A stretch of DNA of 64,000 bases from Pseudomonadota bacterium (GTDB lineage Bacteria; Pseudomonadota; Alphaproteobacteria; Caulobacterales; Caulobacteraceae): NCBI GenBank assembly GCA_023412655.1, contig JAEYNH010000207.1, forward strand, positions 2,964 through 66,963. Direction: 5' to 3'. Every line of letters begins with the position of its first letter. Position 1 is the first letter of the stretch. Positions 21,931 to 33,232 of the stretch are shown one piece after another. The translations under genes and the position numbers were made by a program. The notes beneath the pieces are model-generated. The model ran no database searches, was not told where the DNA came from, and worked only from the letters and a program-made list of their open reading frames with translations.

Positions 21931-22108
21931 TGAGAGCGGTCTTCCTGAGGGCTGAGTTGCGCCGGGACGAAGGCCCCGGAAATGACGCGTGCCACCCTAT
22001 GTCCTTCCGGTGGAGCGCGACGTGGCGCCCCGTCCGGGCGATCTGTATATGGGGCGGAACCCCTTACCGGCAACCTTGCCGCAGCGTTAGCGTGACTGTG
22101 ACTTCCGA

Positions 22109-23520
<1,412 letters not shown>

Positions 23521-23524
<4 letters not shown>

Positions 23525-24090
23525 TGGCCTTCAAGCCGGGCGAGCTGAAATCCCAGCCCTTCGGCCGCGGCGGCGGCATGGGCCCCAAGACCATGAGCCT
23601 CAAGACCGAGGGCCGGCCTCCGCCGCCCAAGGGGCCGCGCGGCTACCGGGTGGAAGATCGCATCGGCGTCCAGGCGCCCGCCGAGGTGATCTGGGACGTG
23701 ATCTACGACCTGGAGCGCTGGGCCGAGTGGAACCCCACCTATCCCAAGGCCTCGGGCGTCATCCGCATCGGCGAGCTGCTGACCGTCACCCTGGCCCTGC
23801 CGGGACAGGCCCATCAGGAGCTGCGGCCGCGGGTGCTGGAGTGGGTGCCCCACGAGCAGCTGCACTGGCAGCTCTCCATGCTCGGCGGGATGATCAAGAC
23901 CCTGCGCTACGTCGAGATCCAGTCGCTGGCCGAGGCCAGCTGCATCGTCGACAACGGCGAGATCTTCGGCGGCCTCATGGGGCCCTCGCTGGGCCGGCGG
24001 ATGTCCCGGCCGGTGCGGCAGGGCTTCAGGGCCATGAACGAGGCGCTGAAGGCCCGCGCCGAGGAGATATGGACCGCCCGCAAGGGCTGA
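23521..24090 (+). CDS. SRPBCC (START/polyketide cyclase-like) family protein
   Basis: 189 aa. ...VIWDVIYDLERWAEWNPTY... is typical of SRPBCC. The start (GTG 23521 or ATG 23524) overlaps the cysS stop, and AAGGAG lies 9 nt upstream of the ATG. Confidence 0.65.
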
Positions 24091-24168
24091 GCCTTCCCGC
24101 CGCAAGCTTGGCGGCGGCTCCGTCCTCCCCCATGGTGTCGGCAACGACAAGACAATGGAGGGGCGGAA

Positions 24169-26403
24169 ATGGCGGCGCAGATCGGGCGTACGGTGGCGGA
24201 ATCCACGCCGGAATGGCCGGAGGTTCCCAGGCCCCCGAAGGGCGCGCCGAACATCCTGGTCGTGCTGTTCGATGACGTCGGCTTCTCGGACTTCGGCTGC
24301 TACGGCTCGCCGATCCGCACCCCCACCATCGACGCCCTGGCGGCCGAGGGCCTGAGGCTCGCCGGCTTCCACACCACGGCCATGTGCTCGACCACCCGGG
24401 CGGCCCTGCTCACCGGCCGCAACCACCATTCGGTGGGCGTGGGCTGCCTGGCTAACTTCGATTCCGGCTTCCCCGGCTATCGCGGCAAGATCGCCCGGGA
24501 GGCTGGCACGCTGCCCGAGATGCTGCGCCCGCACGGCTACCGGAACTACATGGTCGGCAAGTGGCATGTGACGCCGCTCACCGAGACCGGACCCACCGGG
24601 CCCTTCGACGGCTGGCCCCTGGGGCGGGGCTTCGACCGCTTCTACGGCTTCATGGACGCCGAGACCGACCAGTACGCGCCCGAACTCGTGCGGGACAACA
24701 CGCCCATCGCCCCGCCCGGGACCTTCGCCGACGGCTACCACCTGACCGAGGATCTGGTGGACCAGTCGATCCGCTACATCGCCGACCACCTCGCCGATGC
24801 GCCGGACAAGCCCTGGCTGCTGTGGCTGGCGCCCGGCGCCTGCCATGCGCCGCACCAGGCCCCCGCCGAGCTGATCAGGAGCTACGACGCGGTGTTCAAG
24901 GACGGCTGGGACGTGGAGCGCCAGCGCCGGCTCGAGCGGCAGAAGGCCATGGGCGTCGTCCCGCCCGACACCCGCCTGCCGCCGCCCAACGACGGCGTAC
25001 GCCCCTGGGACAGCTACGAGCCCGACGAACAGCGCCTGTTCACCCGCCTGCAGAGCGCCTTCGCCGCCATGCTGGATCACGCCGACCAGCATCTCGGGCG
25101 GCTGGTGGACTTCCTCGAGCGGGCGGGCGTCCGCGACGACACCCTGATCCTCGTGCTGTCCGACAACGGCGCCAGCCAGGAGGGCGGGCCGCAGGGCTTC
25201 GTCAACGCCATGGGGCCGTTCAACTTCCGCGGCGAGCCGATGACCGAGAAGATCGCCCGGATCGACGACATCGGCGGCCCCGACACCCATTCCAACTTCC
25301 CGCAGGGCTGGGCCATGGCGTCCAACACGCCCCTGCGCCGCTACAAGCAGAACACCCACGGGGGCGGCATCCGGGACCCGCTGGTGGTCTCCTGGCCCAG
25401 AGGGCTCGCCGCCCGTGGCGAGGTGCGGCAGCGCTTCGCCCACGCCTGCGACCTGACGCCGACCCTGCTGGAGCTGATCGGGGTGACGCCGCCCGGGAGC
25501 GTGCAGGGCGTGCCCCAGACGCCGCTGGAGGGCGAGAGCTTCGCCGCCGCCCTGCGCGACCCTGAGGCTCCGCGCCGGGCGAGCCCCCAGTACTTCGAGA
25601 TGTTCGGCCACCGGGGCCTGTGGAAGGACGGGTGGAAGGCGGTGGCCTTCCACCCGCCGGGTACGCCGTTCGAGGACGACCGCTGGGAGCTCTACCACCT
25701 CGACGCCGACTTCTCGGAAAGCGAGGATCTGGCCGAGCGCGAGCCCGAGCGGCTGCAGGCGCTGGTGGACGAATGGTGGCGGCAGGCCGAGGCCAGCAAG
25801 GTGCTGCCCCTGGACGACCGCTTCGGGCCGCGGTTCGCCGAGAACGCAGCGCGGTTCCAGGGGGCGCGCCGCCGGTTCGTCTTCCACGCCGGCATGGGTC
25901 ACCTGCCCACCGACGTGGCCCCGGATGTCCGGGCCCGCACCTATCGGATCGAGGCCGAGGTACGACTCAAGGGCGGCGAGGAGGGCGTCCTGCTCGCCCA
26001 CGGCGACGCCACCAGCGGCTATTCGCTGTACGTCCAGGGCGGGCGGCTGAAGCATACCCTGAACATCGGCGGCGAGAAGACCACGGTGGTCTCGGACCGG
26101 CCGGTGGCCGCGGGCGCCACCCGGCTCGGCGTTGTCTCACGCAAGGTCGGCGAGGGGCCGGAGCGGACCTTTACCCTCACCATCGACGGCGAGCCGGCGG
26201 GCGAGGTGACGGCCACCACCGGCTTCCACACCCTGATCTCCTGGTCGGGCCTCGACATCGGCCTCGACCGGGGCAGCCCGGTGGCCGACTACGCCGCCCC
26301 GTTCGCCTTCACCGGCGCCCTGCGCAAGGTGACGGTGAGCATGGACGGTGACCAGGCCCTGGACGGCGCAGCCGTGGGTGAGGCCGAGATGGCGCGGCAG
26401 TAG
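24169..26403 (+). CDS. Arylsulfatase (long AtsA-type sulfatase)
   Basis: 744 aa. NILVVLFDDVGFSDFGCYG...TTAMCSTTRAALLTGRNHH is the sulfatase signature. Note the CSTTR sequence rather than the canonical C-x-P-x-R. Confidence 0.9.
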   Translation: MAAQIGRTVAESTPEWPEVPRPPKGAPNILVVLFDDVGFSDFGCYGSPIRTPTIDALAAEGLRLAGFHTTAMCSTTRAALLTGRNHHSVGVGCLANFDSGFPGYRGKIAREAGTLPEMLRPHGYRNYMVGKWHVTPLTETGPTGPFDGWPLGRGFDRFYGFMDAETDQYAPELVRDNTPIAPPGTFADGYHLTEDLVDQSIRYIADHLADAPDKPWLLWLAPGACHAPHQAPAELIRSYDAVFKDGWDVERQRRLERQKAMGVVPPDTRLPPPNDGVRPWDSYEPDEQRLFTRLQSAFAAMLDHADQHLGRLVDFLERAGVRDDTLILVLSDNGASQEGGPQGFVNAMGPFNFRGEPMTEKIARIDDIGGPDTHSNFPQGWAMASNTPLRRYKQNTHGGGIRDPLVVSWPRGLAARGEVRQRFAHACDLTPTLLELIGVTPPGSVQGVPQTPLEGESFAAALRDPEAPRRASPQYFEMFGHRGLWKDGWKAVAFHPPGTPFEDDRWELYHLDADFSESEDLAEREPERLQALVDEWWRQAEASKVLPLDDRFGPRFAENAARFQGARRRFVFHAGMGHLPTDVAPDVRARTYRIEAEVRLKGGEEGVLLAHGDATSGYSLYVQGGRLKHTLNIGGEKTTVVSDRPVAAGATRLGVVSRKVGEGPERTFTLTIDGEPAGEVTATTGFHTLISWSGLDIGLDRGSPVADYAAPFAFTGALRKVTVSMDGDQALDGAAVGEAEMARQ

Positions 26404-26406
26404 GCC

Positions 26407-26763
26407 TCAGCCCTCCACGAAGGTGGTGAACCCGCCGTAGATCATCCGCTTGCCGTCGAACGGGGTGTTGGAAGGATCGTAGGCGTTCATCCTCGGGTCC
26501 TTCATGACCTCGGCGTTGATGCGGTCGCGATCCTCCCGGCTCCTGTAGGTGATCCAGGAGAAGATCACCGTCTCGTCGGGCGTTGCCTGGACGGCCCGGG
26601 GGAAGGACGTGAGTTCGCCGTAGGGCACGTCGTCGGCGACGCATTCCATGTAGGACAGCGCCCCGTACTCCATCCAGCAGGTCCGGCCGAGCTCGGCCAT
26701 CTTGCGGTACTCATCCAGCTTGTCCTTGGGGACGGCGAGCACGAAACCATCGACATAGGCCAT
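26407..26763 (-). CDS. DUF1428 family protein
   Basis: 118 aa. MAYVDGFVLAVPKDKLDEYRKMAE...FGGF pattern is typical of DUF1428. Confidence 0.85.
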   Translation of the reverse strand: MAYVDGFVLAVPKDKLDEYRKMAELGRTCWMEYGALSYMECVADDVPYGELTSFPRAVQATPDETVIFSWITYRSREDRDRINAEVMKDPRMNAYDPSNTPFDGKRMIYGGFTTFVEG

Positions 26764-26894
26764 TGGAGAGCTCCTTCTCCGGCGGACGTTCCTCCGAAAG
26801 GACGATCTGGCTGCCGGCGGACCGACACCTCAAGGGAACTTTTTCCGCCCGCCGATTTGACAGGCGCAGGTCCGGCGCCGACTTAAGGCGCGCG

Positions 26895-27344
26895 ATGATC
26901 GACGACCTCTACTCGGCCAGGCTGTTGCGGCTGGCGGCGGAAATCCCGCACGCCGGGCGCCTTCCCGCGCCCGACGCCTCGGCCGAGAAGGTGTCGAAGC
27001 TCTGCGGCAGCCGGGTGGTGGTGGACGTCACCGTGGCCGACCGGCGCGTCACCGGCTTCGCCCAGGACGTGAAGGCATGCGCCCTGGGCCAGGCGGCCGC
27101 CTCGGTGCTCGGCTCGGGCGTCGTCGGGGCCAGCCTTCCCGAGCTGGAAGTGGCCGCCGACCAGTTCCGTGCTATGTTGAAGACGGGCGGACCGCCGCCC
27201 GAAGGACGCTTTGCGGATCTAGCGATGTTGGCCCCGGTGAAGGACTATCCCGCCCGCCACGCCTCGACGCTCCTGGCGTTCGAGGCCGCCGTGGAGGCTG
27301 TCCGGGCGGCGATTGCGCGAACTAGCCCCGCCGGCGCGGCTTGA
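26895..27344 (+). CDS. NifU/IscU-like Fe-S scaffold-domain protein (two-Cys variant)
   Basis: ATG 26895 (MIDDLYSARLLRLAAEIPH...). Aligns by eye to IscU: LCGS, KACALGQAAAS, PARHAS (third Cys replaced by Ala). Confidence 0.7.
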   Translation: MIDDLYSARLLRLAAEIPHAGRLPAPDASAEKVSKLCGSRVVVDVTVADRRVTGFAQDVKACALGQAAASVLGSGVVGASLPELEVAADQFRAMLKTGGPPPEGRFADLAMLAPVKDYPARHASTLLAFEAAVEAVRAAIARTSPAGAA

Positions 27345-27400
27345 TCCTCTCGTAGAGCCCGCGTAACGCAGGGCCGAACCCAAAAGCTTCCGCCGCCGGC

Positions 27401-27658
27401 ATGAACCTCTACGAGATCTGCGTCAGAGGGGCGCTCCGCGCCTACAAGTGGACGCTTTCACCCCTGATCGGCCGTAGCTGCCGTTTCGCCCCGACCTGTT
27501 CGGAGTATGCGGCGCAGGCGCTGATCGGGCATGGACCGGTGCGAGGCTCCTGGCTGACCGTGCGCCGGCTGTGCCGTTGTCATCCCTGGGGCGCGTCGGG
27601 CTGGGACCCGCCGCCGCCCCCGCGCCGCAAGGGCGCAGACTGGACGTGTGAGATATGA
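27401..27658 (+). CDS. yidD: Membrane protein insertion efficiency factor YidD
   Basis: 85 aa. [23 protein letters not shown]...RRLCRCHPW are canonical YidD motifs. Confidence 0.9.
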   Translation: MNLYEICVRGALRAYKWTLSPLIGRSCRFAPTCSEYAAQALIGHGPVRGSWLTVRRLCRCHPWGASGWDPPPPPRRKGADWTCEI

Positions 27659-29634
27659 TCGAACTGGTTTTCCCTGACGGCTCCAAGCGCGAGTTCGCCG
27701 AGGGCGTCACGGGCCGGGAGATCGCCGCGGGCATCTCCAAGAGCCTGGAGAAGAAGGCCATCCTGGTGGAGGTGGACGGCGAGCTGCTGGACCTCGATCG
27801 CGCCCTCGACAAGGGCGGCGCCTTCAAGATCCTGACGCGCGAGAGCCCCGAGGCCCTCGAGACCATCCGCCACGACGTGAGCCACATCATGGCCGAGGCG
27901 GTGCAGGAGCTGTTCCCGGGCACCCAGGTCACCATCGGCCCTGCCATCGAGGACGGCTTCTACTACGACTTCGCCCGCGACGAGCCGTTCAGCCTGGACG
28001 ACCTGGCCAAGATCGAAGAGCGGATGAAGCAGATCGTCGACCGGGACGAGCCCATCCGCCGGGAAGAGTGGGACCGCGACGAGGCGATCCGGCACTTCCG
28101 CGAGATCGGCGAGGAGTACAAGGCCCAGATCATCGAGAGCATCCCGCCGGGCGAGAAGATCACCGTCTATCGCCAGGGCGAATGGAAGGACCTGTGCCGG
28201 GGACCGCACCTGCCGTCCACGAAGCACGTGGGCAAGGCGTTCAAGCTGACGAAGCTGGCCGGCGCCTACTGGCGGGGCGACCACCGCAATGCGCAGCTGC
28301 AGCGCATCTACGGCACGGCCTGGGCCTCGGAGGCCGACCTTGAGGCCTACATCCACCGGATCGAGGAGGCCGAGAAGCGCGACCACCGCAAGATCGGCAG
28401 GGCCATGGACCTCTTCCACATGCAGGAAGAGGCCCGGGGCATGATCTTCTGGCACGCCAAGGGCTGGCAGCTCTACCGGTCGGTGGAATCCTACATGCGC
28501 CGCATGCTGGACGACGACGGCTATGTGGAGGTCAAGGCGCCCCAGATCATGGACCGAGAGCTGTGGGAGCGTTCCGGCCACTGGCAGAAGTTCGGCAAGA
28601 ACATGTTCACCTGCGAGACGGAGGAGGGCGAGGCCCTGGCCGTCAAGCCGATGAACTGCCCCGGCCACGTCCAGATCTTCAACCACGGCCAGAAGAGCTA
28701 TCGCGACCTGCCCCTGCGGATGGCCGAGTTCGGCGCCTGTCACCGCTACGAGCCCTCCGGCGCCCTGCACGGCATCTTCCGGGTCCGCGCCTTCACCCAG
28801 GACGACGCCCACATCTTCTGCCGCGAGGACCAGATCGAGGAAGAGGCGACCAAGTTCATCCGCCTGCTGGAGACGGTCTATCGCGACTGCGGCCTGGAGC
28901 TGCACGCGGTGAAGCTGGCCCTGCGCCCCGAGGAGCGGTTCGGCACCGACGAGGTCTGGGACGTGGCGGAGGCCAAGCTGGCCCGGGCGGCGCGCAATGC
29001 GGGGATCGAGGAGGTCGAGATGCTACCCGACGAGGGCGCCTTCTACGGCCCGAAGCTGGAGTTCCACCTGCGCGACGCCATTGGCCGCACCTGGCAGTGC
29101 GGCACGCTGCAGCTCGACTACGTCCTGCCCGAGCGGCTGGACGCCGAGTATGTGGCCGAGGACGGCTCGAAGCAGCGGCCGGTGATGCTGCACCGGGCGA
29201 TCTGCGGCTCGATGGAGCGTTTCATCGGGGTGATGATCGAAAACTACGCCGGCGCGTTTCCGCTCTGGCTGGCTCCCGTGCAGGTTGTGGTCGCAACGAT
29301 TACGTCGGATGCTGACGGCTACGCCCGGGCGGCGGTCGAGTCGCTGAAGGCGAAAGGGCTGCGTGTGGAGCTCGATCTGCGTAACGAGAAGATCAACTAC
29401 AAGGTGCGCGAGCACAGCCTGGCCAAGGTTCCGGTCATCGCCGTGGTCGGCCGCCGTGAAGCCGAAGAAGGCAAGGTGGCCCTGCGGCGCCTGGGTTCCG
29501 ACCGGCAGGAGATCCTGACCCTCGAAGAGGCCGCGAAGGTGCTTGCCGCCGAAGCCACCCCGCCCGACCTTGCCCGCAAGGCGGGTCTCGGCGCGCCTGC
29601 GGAGGGCGCGAACACCGAGATGGAGGCTGGATGA
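27655..29634 (+). CDS. thrS: Threonine--tRNA ligase
   Basis: 659 aa with TGS, editing, class II catalytic and anticodon-binding domains (..[10 protein letters not shown].., ..[10 protein letters not shown]..). ATGA overlap with the yidD stop. Confidence 0.97.
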   Translation: MIELVFPDGSKREFAEGVTGREIAAGISKSLEKKAILVEVDGELLDLDRALDKGGAFKILTRESPEALETIRHDVSHIMAEAVQELFPGTQVTIGPAIEDGFYYDFARDEPFSLDDLAKIEERMKQIVDRDEPIRREEWDRDEAIRHFREIGEEYKAQIIESIPPGEKITVYRQGEWKDLCRGPHLPSTKHVGKAFKLTKLAGAYWRGDHRNAQLQRIYGTAWASEADLEAYIHRIEEAEKRDHRKIGRAMDLFHMQEEARGMIFWHAKGWQLYRSVESYMRRMLDDDGYVEVKAPQIMDRELWERSGHWQKFGKNMFTCETEEGEALAVKPMNCPGHVQIFNHGQKSYRDLPLRMAEFGACHRYEPSGALHGIFRVRAFTQDDAHIFCREDQIEEEATKFIRLLETVYRDCGLELHAVKLALRPEERFGTDEVWDVAEAKLARAARNAGIEEVEMLPDEGAFYGPKLEFHLRDAIGRTWQCGTLQLDYVLPERLDAEYVAEDGSKQRPVMLHRAICGSMERFIGVMIENYAGAFPLWLAPVQVVVATITSDADGYARAAVESLKAKGLRVELDLRNEKINYKVREHSLAKVPVIAVVGRREAEEGKVALRRLGSDRQEILTLEEAAKVLAAEATPPDLARKAGLGAPAEGANTEMEAG

Positions 29635-30590
29635 ACGGCGTCGCCGCACCCTTCGCTGCCGCCGGACGCGCGCCTGAGGGTCTGACCTCGGGCGCCGGGG
29701 CGGGCGATGGGCTGCAGGCCCGGCGCACGGTCTCGGTGGTCATGGTCGTCTACATGACCGGCGAGGCCCTGGCCCAGAGCCTCGACCGCGTGCTGGCCGA
29801 TCCGCTGGTCGACGAGTTCGTCATCGTCGACAACGGTTCGAGCCCGGTGGAGGCCGAGCGCCTGCGCGACCTCGCGGCCCGCGACGGCCGGACCGTCCTG
29901 CTGTCGGGTCACGGCAATGTCGGATTCGCGCGCGGGGCGAACCTCGGGGCCCGGCAGGCGCGCGGCGACCTGCTGGTCTTCCTCAATCCCGACGCCTTCC
30001 TGCAGCCCGGCTGCATCGCCGAGCTGGTGCGCGAGGTCGAGGGCCGTCCCTCGCCGTGCATCGTCGGCGGGCGGATCCTCAACGCCGACCGCACCGAGCA
30101 ACGGGGCGCCCGGCGCGGCGACATCACCCCGGTGAGCGCCCTGCTGTCCCTCAGCGGCCTGGCGCGCCGTCTGCCCGGCCTTGACCGCTACGAGGTCCAC
30201 TGGGAGGGCGAGGCCGAGCCCAGCGCCGCGGCCAGCGTGCCCACCATCTCGGGCGCCTGCTTCTGCATGCGGCGGGCCGACTTCGAGGCGGTCGGCGGCT
30301 TCGACGAGGGCTATTTCCTGCACGTGGAGGACGTGGACCTGTGCTGGCGGGTGCGCCGCCAGGGCGGGCAGGTGCTGTTCCATCCCAAGGCCGAGGTGGT
30401 TCACCTGGGCCACACCAGCCTCGCCAGCCCGCTGAAGGTCGAGTTCCACAAGGGCGTGGGCCTGGCCCGCTACTTCCGCAAGCGCGCCGAGGGCCTGGGC
30501 CAGCAGGCCGTGGCCTGGCTGCTCTCGCCGGTGATCGTCGCCACCGCCCTGGTGCGGCCGCTCATGTGGCGGATGAAGGCCCGGCCCTAG
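29631..30590 (+). CDS. Glycosyltransferase family 2 protein
   Basis: 319 aa. [12 protein letters not shown]...FVIVDNGS...[10 protein letters not shown]...LVFLNPDA (DxD-type GT-A). ATG overlaps the thrS stop (ATGA). Confidence 0.8.
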   Translation: MNGVAAPFAAAGRAPEGLTSGAGAGDGLQARRTVSVVMVVYMTGEALAQSLDRVLADPLVDEFVIVDNGSSPVEAERLRDLAARDGRTVLLSGHGNVGFARGANLGARQARGDLLVFLNPDAFLQPGCIAELVREVEGRPSPCIVGGRILNADRTEQRGARRGDITPVSALLSLSGLARRLPGLDRYEVHWEGEAEPSAAASVPTISGACFCMRRADFEAVGGFDEGYFLHVEDVDLCWRVRRQGGQVLFHPKAEVVHLGHTSLASPLKVEFHKGVGLARYFRKRAEGLGQQAVAWLLSPVIVATALVRPLMWRMKARP

Positions 30591-30593
30591 GCC

Positions 30594-31505
30594 CTAGGCG
30601 GGCGGGAACGGCCCCGCCCGGCTCAGCGAACTGGCGGGCGCCTTGCCCAGCAGGTCCGACACCCAGCGGCCGATCCCGATCAGCTTGCCAAGGTCGTAGC
30701 CGGTTTCGAAGCCGGCTCGCTCCAGCATGTAGACCAGGTCCTCGGTGCCGATGTTGCCCGTGGCGTTGGGGGCGAAGGGGCAGCCGCCCAGGCCGCCGAC
30801 GCTGGCGTCCAGCACATCCACCCCCGCCTCGACGCCCGCGTAGGCGTTGGCCAGGCCCGTGTTGCGCGTGTCGTGAAAATGCAGCCGCAGGGGCGTGCGG
30901 CCGGCCGCCTTGCGCGCCGCCTCGACCCGGCGCCGCACGGTCCAGGGGTCGGCCACGCCGATGGTGTCGGCGAGGGCGATCTCGGCCACCCGCATGTCCG
31001 CCGCGGCCCGGACGATCTCCACCACCCGCTCCTCGGGCACCTCGCCGTCGAAGGGGCAGCCGAAAGCCACCGAGATGGTGACCGTGATCGGCGGGTTCTC
31101 CAGGCGGCGGGCGGCGACGATGCCGGCCAGGGTGTCCACCTGCTCCGCCGTCGAGGCGCCCTGGTTGCGGATGCCGAAGCCGTCGGTGGCGCAGACCACC
31201 ACATTGGCCTCGTCGCACCCGGCCTCCACGCAGCGGTCCCAGCCGCGCTGGTTCAGCACCAGGCCGATCCGCGAACGGCCCGCCGGCCTGGCGCCGGGAG
31301 GCTTCAGGGCGGCCATGATCTCCTCGGCGCCCGCCATCTGCGGCACGCGCTTGGGATTGACGAAGGACACCACCTCCATCCGTCGGGCGCCGGCCTCGTC
31401 CAGCCTGTGGATCAGTTCGAGCTTCTGCTCGATGTCCAGGAGGGTCTTCTCGTTCTGAAGGCCGTCCCGCGGGCCGACCTCCACGATCTCGATGCGGCGG
31501 CTCAT
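30594..31505 (-). CDS. Hydroxymethylglutaryl-CoA lyase family protein
   Basis: 303 aa. IVEVGPRDGLQNE..., HFHDTRNTGLANA, GGLGGCPFAP. Confidence 0.88.
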   Translation of the reverse strand: MSRRIEIVEVGPRDGLQNEKTLLDIEQKLELIHRLDEAGARRMEVVSFVNPKRVPQMAGAEEIMAALKPPGARPAGRSRIGLVLNQRGWDRCVEAGCDEANVVVCATDGFGIRNQGASTAEQVDTLAGIVAARRLENPPITVTISVAFGCPFDGEVPEERVVEIVRAAADMRVAEIALADTIGVADPWTVRRRVEAARKAAGRTPLRLHFHDTRNTGLANAYAGVEAGVDVLDASVGGLGGCPFAPNATGNIGTEDLVYMLERAGFETGYDLGKLIGIGRWVSDLLGKAPASSLSRAGPFPPA

Positions 31506-31509
31506 GACC

Positions 31510-33189
31510 TCACCTCGTACGCTCCTCCGGCGGGACGGCGGGGACGTACACCCGCAGGCTCACCTCGTCGCCCTTGGAATAGTTCAGGCCCTCCACCCGG
31601 GCCACTTCACGCACGGCGACCCCGCGGGCGGCGAGATGCTCGCGGAAGGCCGGCTCCTCGACGGCCTCGACGATGGCCGGGCGGTTCTCGGCGATGGCCT
31701 GGGCCGCTTCCGCCGGTCCGTGCAGCTCGGTGGGGGTGCCCAGGCCGAAGACCAGGCTGGGCTCGGCGTAGCCGGCGACGGCGATAGGCGCCTCGGCCAC
31801 GCCCTGCCTCGGCAGCAGCCGGGCCTCGGACATGGCCCGCTCGAGCCGGGCCGAGACCCACAGCGGATCGAGGCGCGGCGCCAGGCCCGCCGCCAGGACC
31901 CCATGCCCCAGCACGCCCAGCACCAGGGCCGCGGCGACGCCTTCGCGCACCGCGCCCTTCACCGTCAGGTAGCCGCCCACCAGGCCCGCGGCGGCGAGCA
32001 GCAGGGCGGCGAGGGCGGCGGCCCAGGCGTCCCCGGCGTCGCCATAGAGGCTGAGCAGATAGATCACGCCCCCCGCCAGGGCCACGCCCACCAGGGCCGC
32101 CAGGATGGCGCCGGCCCAGCGGGACTTGGGTCCCACGGGCTGGACGAGGGCCGCCGCCGCCAGCCAGGCCAGGGCGCCATAGGTGGGCAGCGGATAGTGC
32201 GGCAACTTGGTGGGCGTCAGCTCGAACAGCAGCCAGGCGGGCAGCAGCCAGGCGACGGCGAAGCGAACCCCCGGCTCGGCCCGCCGCGTCCAGGCTGCCA
32301 CCAGGGCCGCCGGCAGCAGCAGGGTGATGGGAAAGGCCAGGATCGGCGTCAGCAGGGTGTGATACCCCGGCGGCGCCCCGTGGGTCTCCTGACCACCGGC
32401 CAGCTTGGGCGCCAGGTCGGCGCCGATGGCCTCGCTCCAGAAGCCGCCGTCGGTGGCCACGGTGACCGCCCCGGCCCAGGGCCCGACGATGGCCACGATG
32501 GCGATCAGGCCCCAGTACCAGTGCAGCCGCCCCAGCCAGCCGACCCGCCGGTCCCACAGGCACAGGGTCAGCATGGTCAGCGCCACCACCAGCGGCCCCA
32601 CCGGCCCTTTCACCAGGGTGGAGACGCCTAGCCCCGTCCAGAACAGCGCCTCGGTGCGCCAGCCGGCCGGCGGCCCGTCCCGGGCGGCGGCGTAGAGCCG
32701 GCCGAGGGCGGCGAGGGCCAGGATGGTGGAGCCGGCGAGCACCGCGTCGGTCTTGGCGATGAAGGCTTCGGTGGAGAGCAGGAAGGTGGCCCCCAGCAGG
32801 GCCCCGGCCGCCAGCCCCGCGGGGCCTCCGAAGAAGGCCGCCGCGCCCCAGGCGCAGGCCGCCGCCGCCAGCATCGCCCCCAGCAGGGACGGCAGGCGGT
32901 AGGCCCAGATCTCCCGCGCCTCGGCGCTGGAGACCAGGTCCACCGTGGCCGCCTGCAGCCAGTGGATGCCCACCGGCTTCTTGAACCGGGGCTGGTCCTG
33001 GAACTGGATGACCACATAGTCGCCCGTCTCCAGCATCTGGGCGGTGGCCTGGGCGAAGCGTGATTCGTCCCGGTCGAGGGGCGGCACGGCCACAAGTCCC
33101 GGCAATCCGGCCACGAAGGCGATGAAAGCGGCCGCGGCCGGGCCGCGCCAGCCGCGGCTCCAGTAGGCGATCAGGCGGTCGAGCGTCAT
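31510..33189 (-). CDS. Glycosyltransferase family 39 (ArnT/PMT-like) membrane protein
   Basis: Polytopic. LDRDESRFAQATAQMLETGDYVVIQFQDQPRFKKPVGIHWLQA is the GT39/83 signature loop. I prefer the start MTLDRL at 33189, because the track start 33252 would overlap the divergent GT2 gene. Confidence 0.8.
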   Translation of the reverse strand: MTLDRLIAYWSRGWRGPAAAAFIAFVAGLPGLVAVPPLDRDESRFAQATAQMLETGDYVVIQFQDQPRFKKPVGIHWLQAATVDLVSSAEAREIWAYRLPSLLGAMLAAAACAWGAAAFFGGPAGLAAGALLGATFLLSTEAFIAKTDAVLAGSTILALAALGRLYAAARDGPPAGWRTEALFWTGLGVSTLVKGPVGPLVVALTMLTLCLWDRRVGWLGRLHWYWGLIAIVAIVGPWAGAVTVATDGGFWSEAIGADLAPKLAGGQETHGAPPGYHTLLTPILAFPITLLLPAALVAAWTRRAEPGVRFAVAWLLPAWLLFELTPTKLPHYPLPTYGALAWLAAAALVQPVGPKSRWAGAILAALVGVALAGGVIYLLSLYGDAGDAWAAALAALLLAAAGLVGGYLTVKGAVREGVAAALVLGVLGHGVLAAGLAPRLDPLWVSARLERAMSEARLLPRQGVAEAPIAVAGYAEPSLVFGLGTPTELHGPAEAAQAIAENRPAIVEAVEEPAFREHLAARGVAVREVARVEGLNYSKGDEVSLRVYVPAVPPEERTR

Positions 33190-33232
33190 TGCGCCTCTAG
33201 TAGCACGATCCGTCCTTCCGCTATGGGGAGGC

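Noticed and set aside
22056-22088. GGAAC ... CGTT on the plus strand upstream of cysS, considered as an EcfG-type general-stress promoter.
   Set aside because: The spacer between GGAAC and CGTT is 24 nt, far from the 16-17 nt required.
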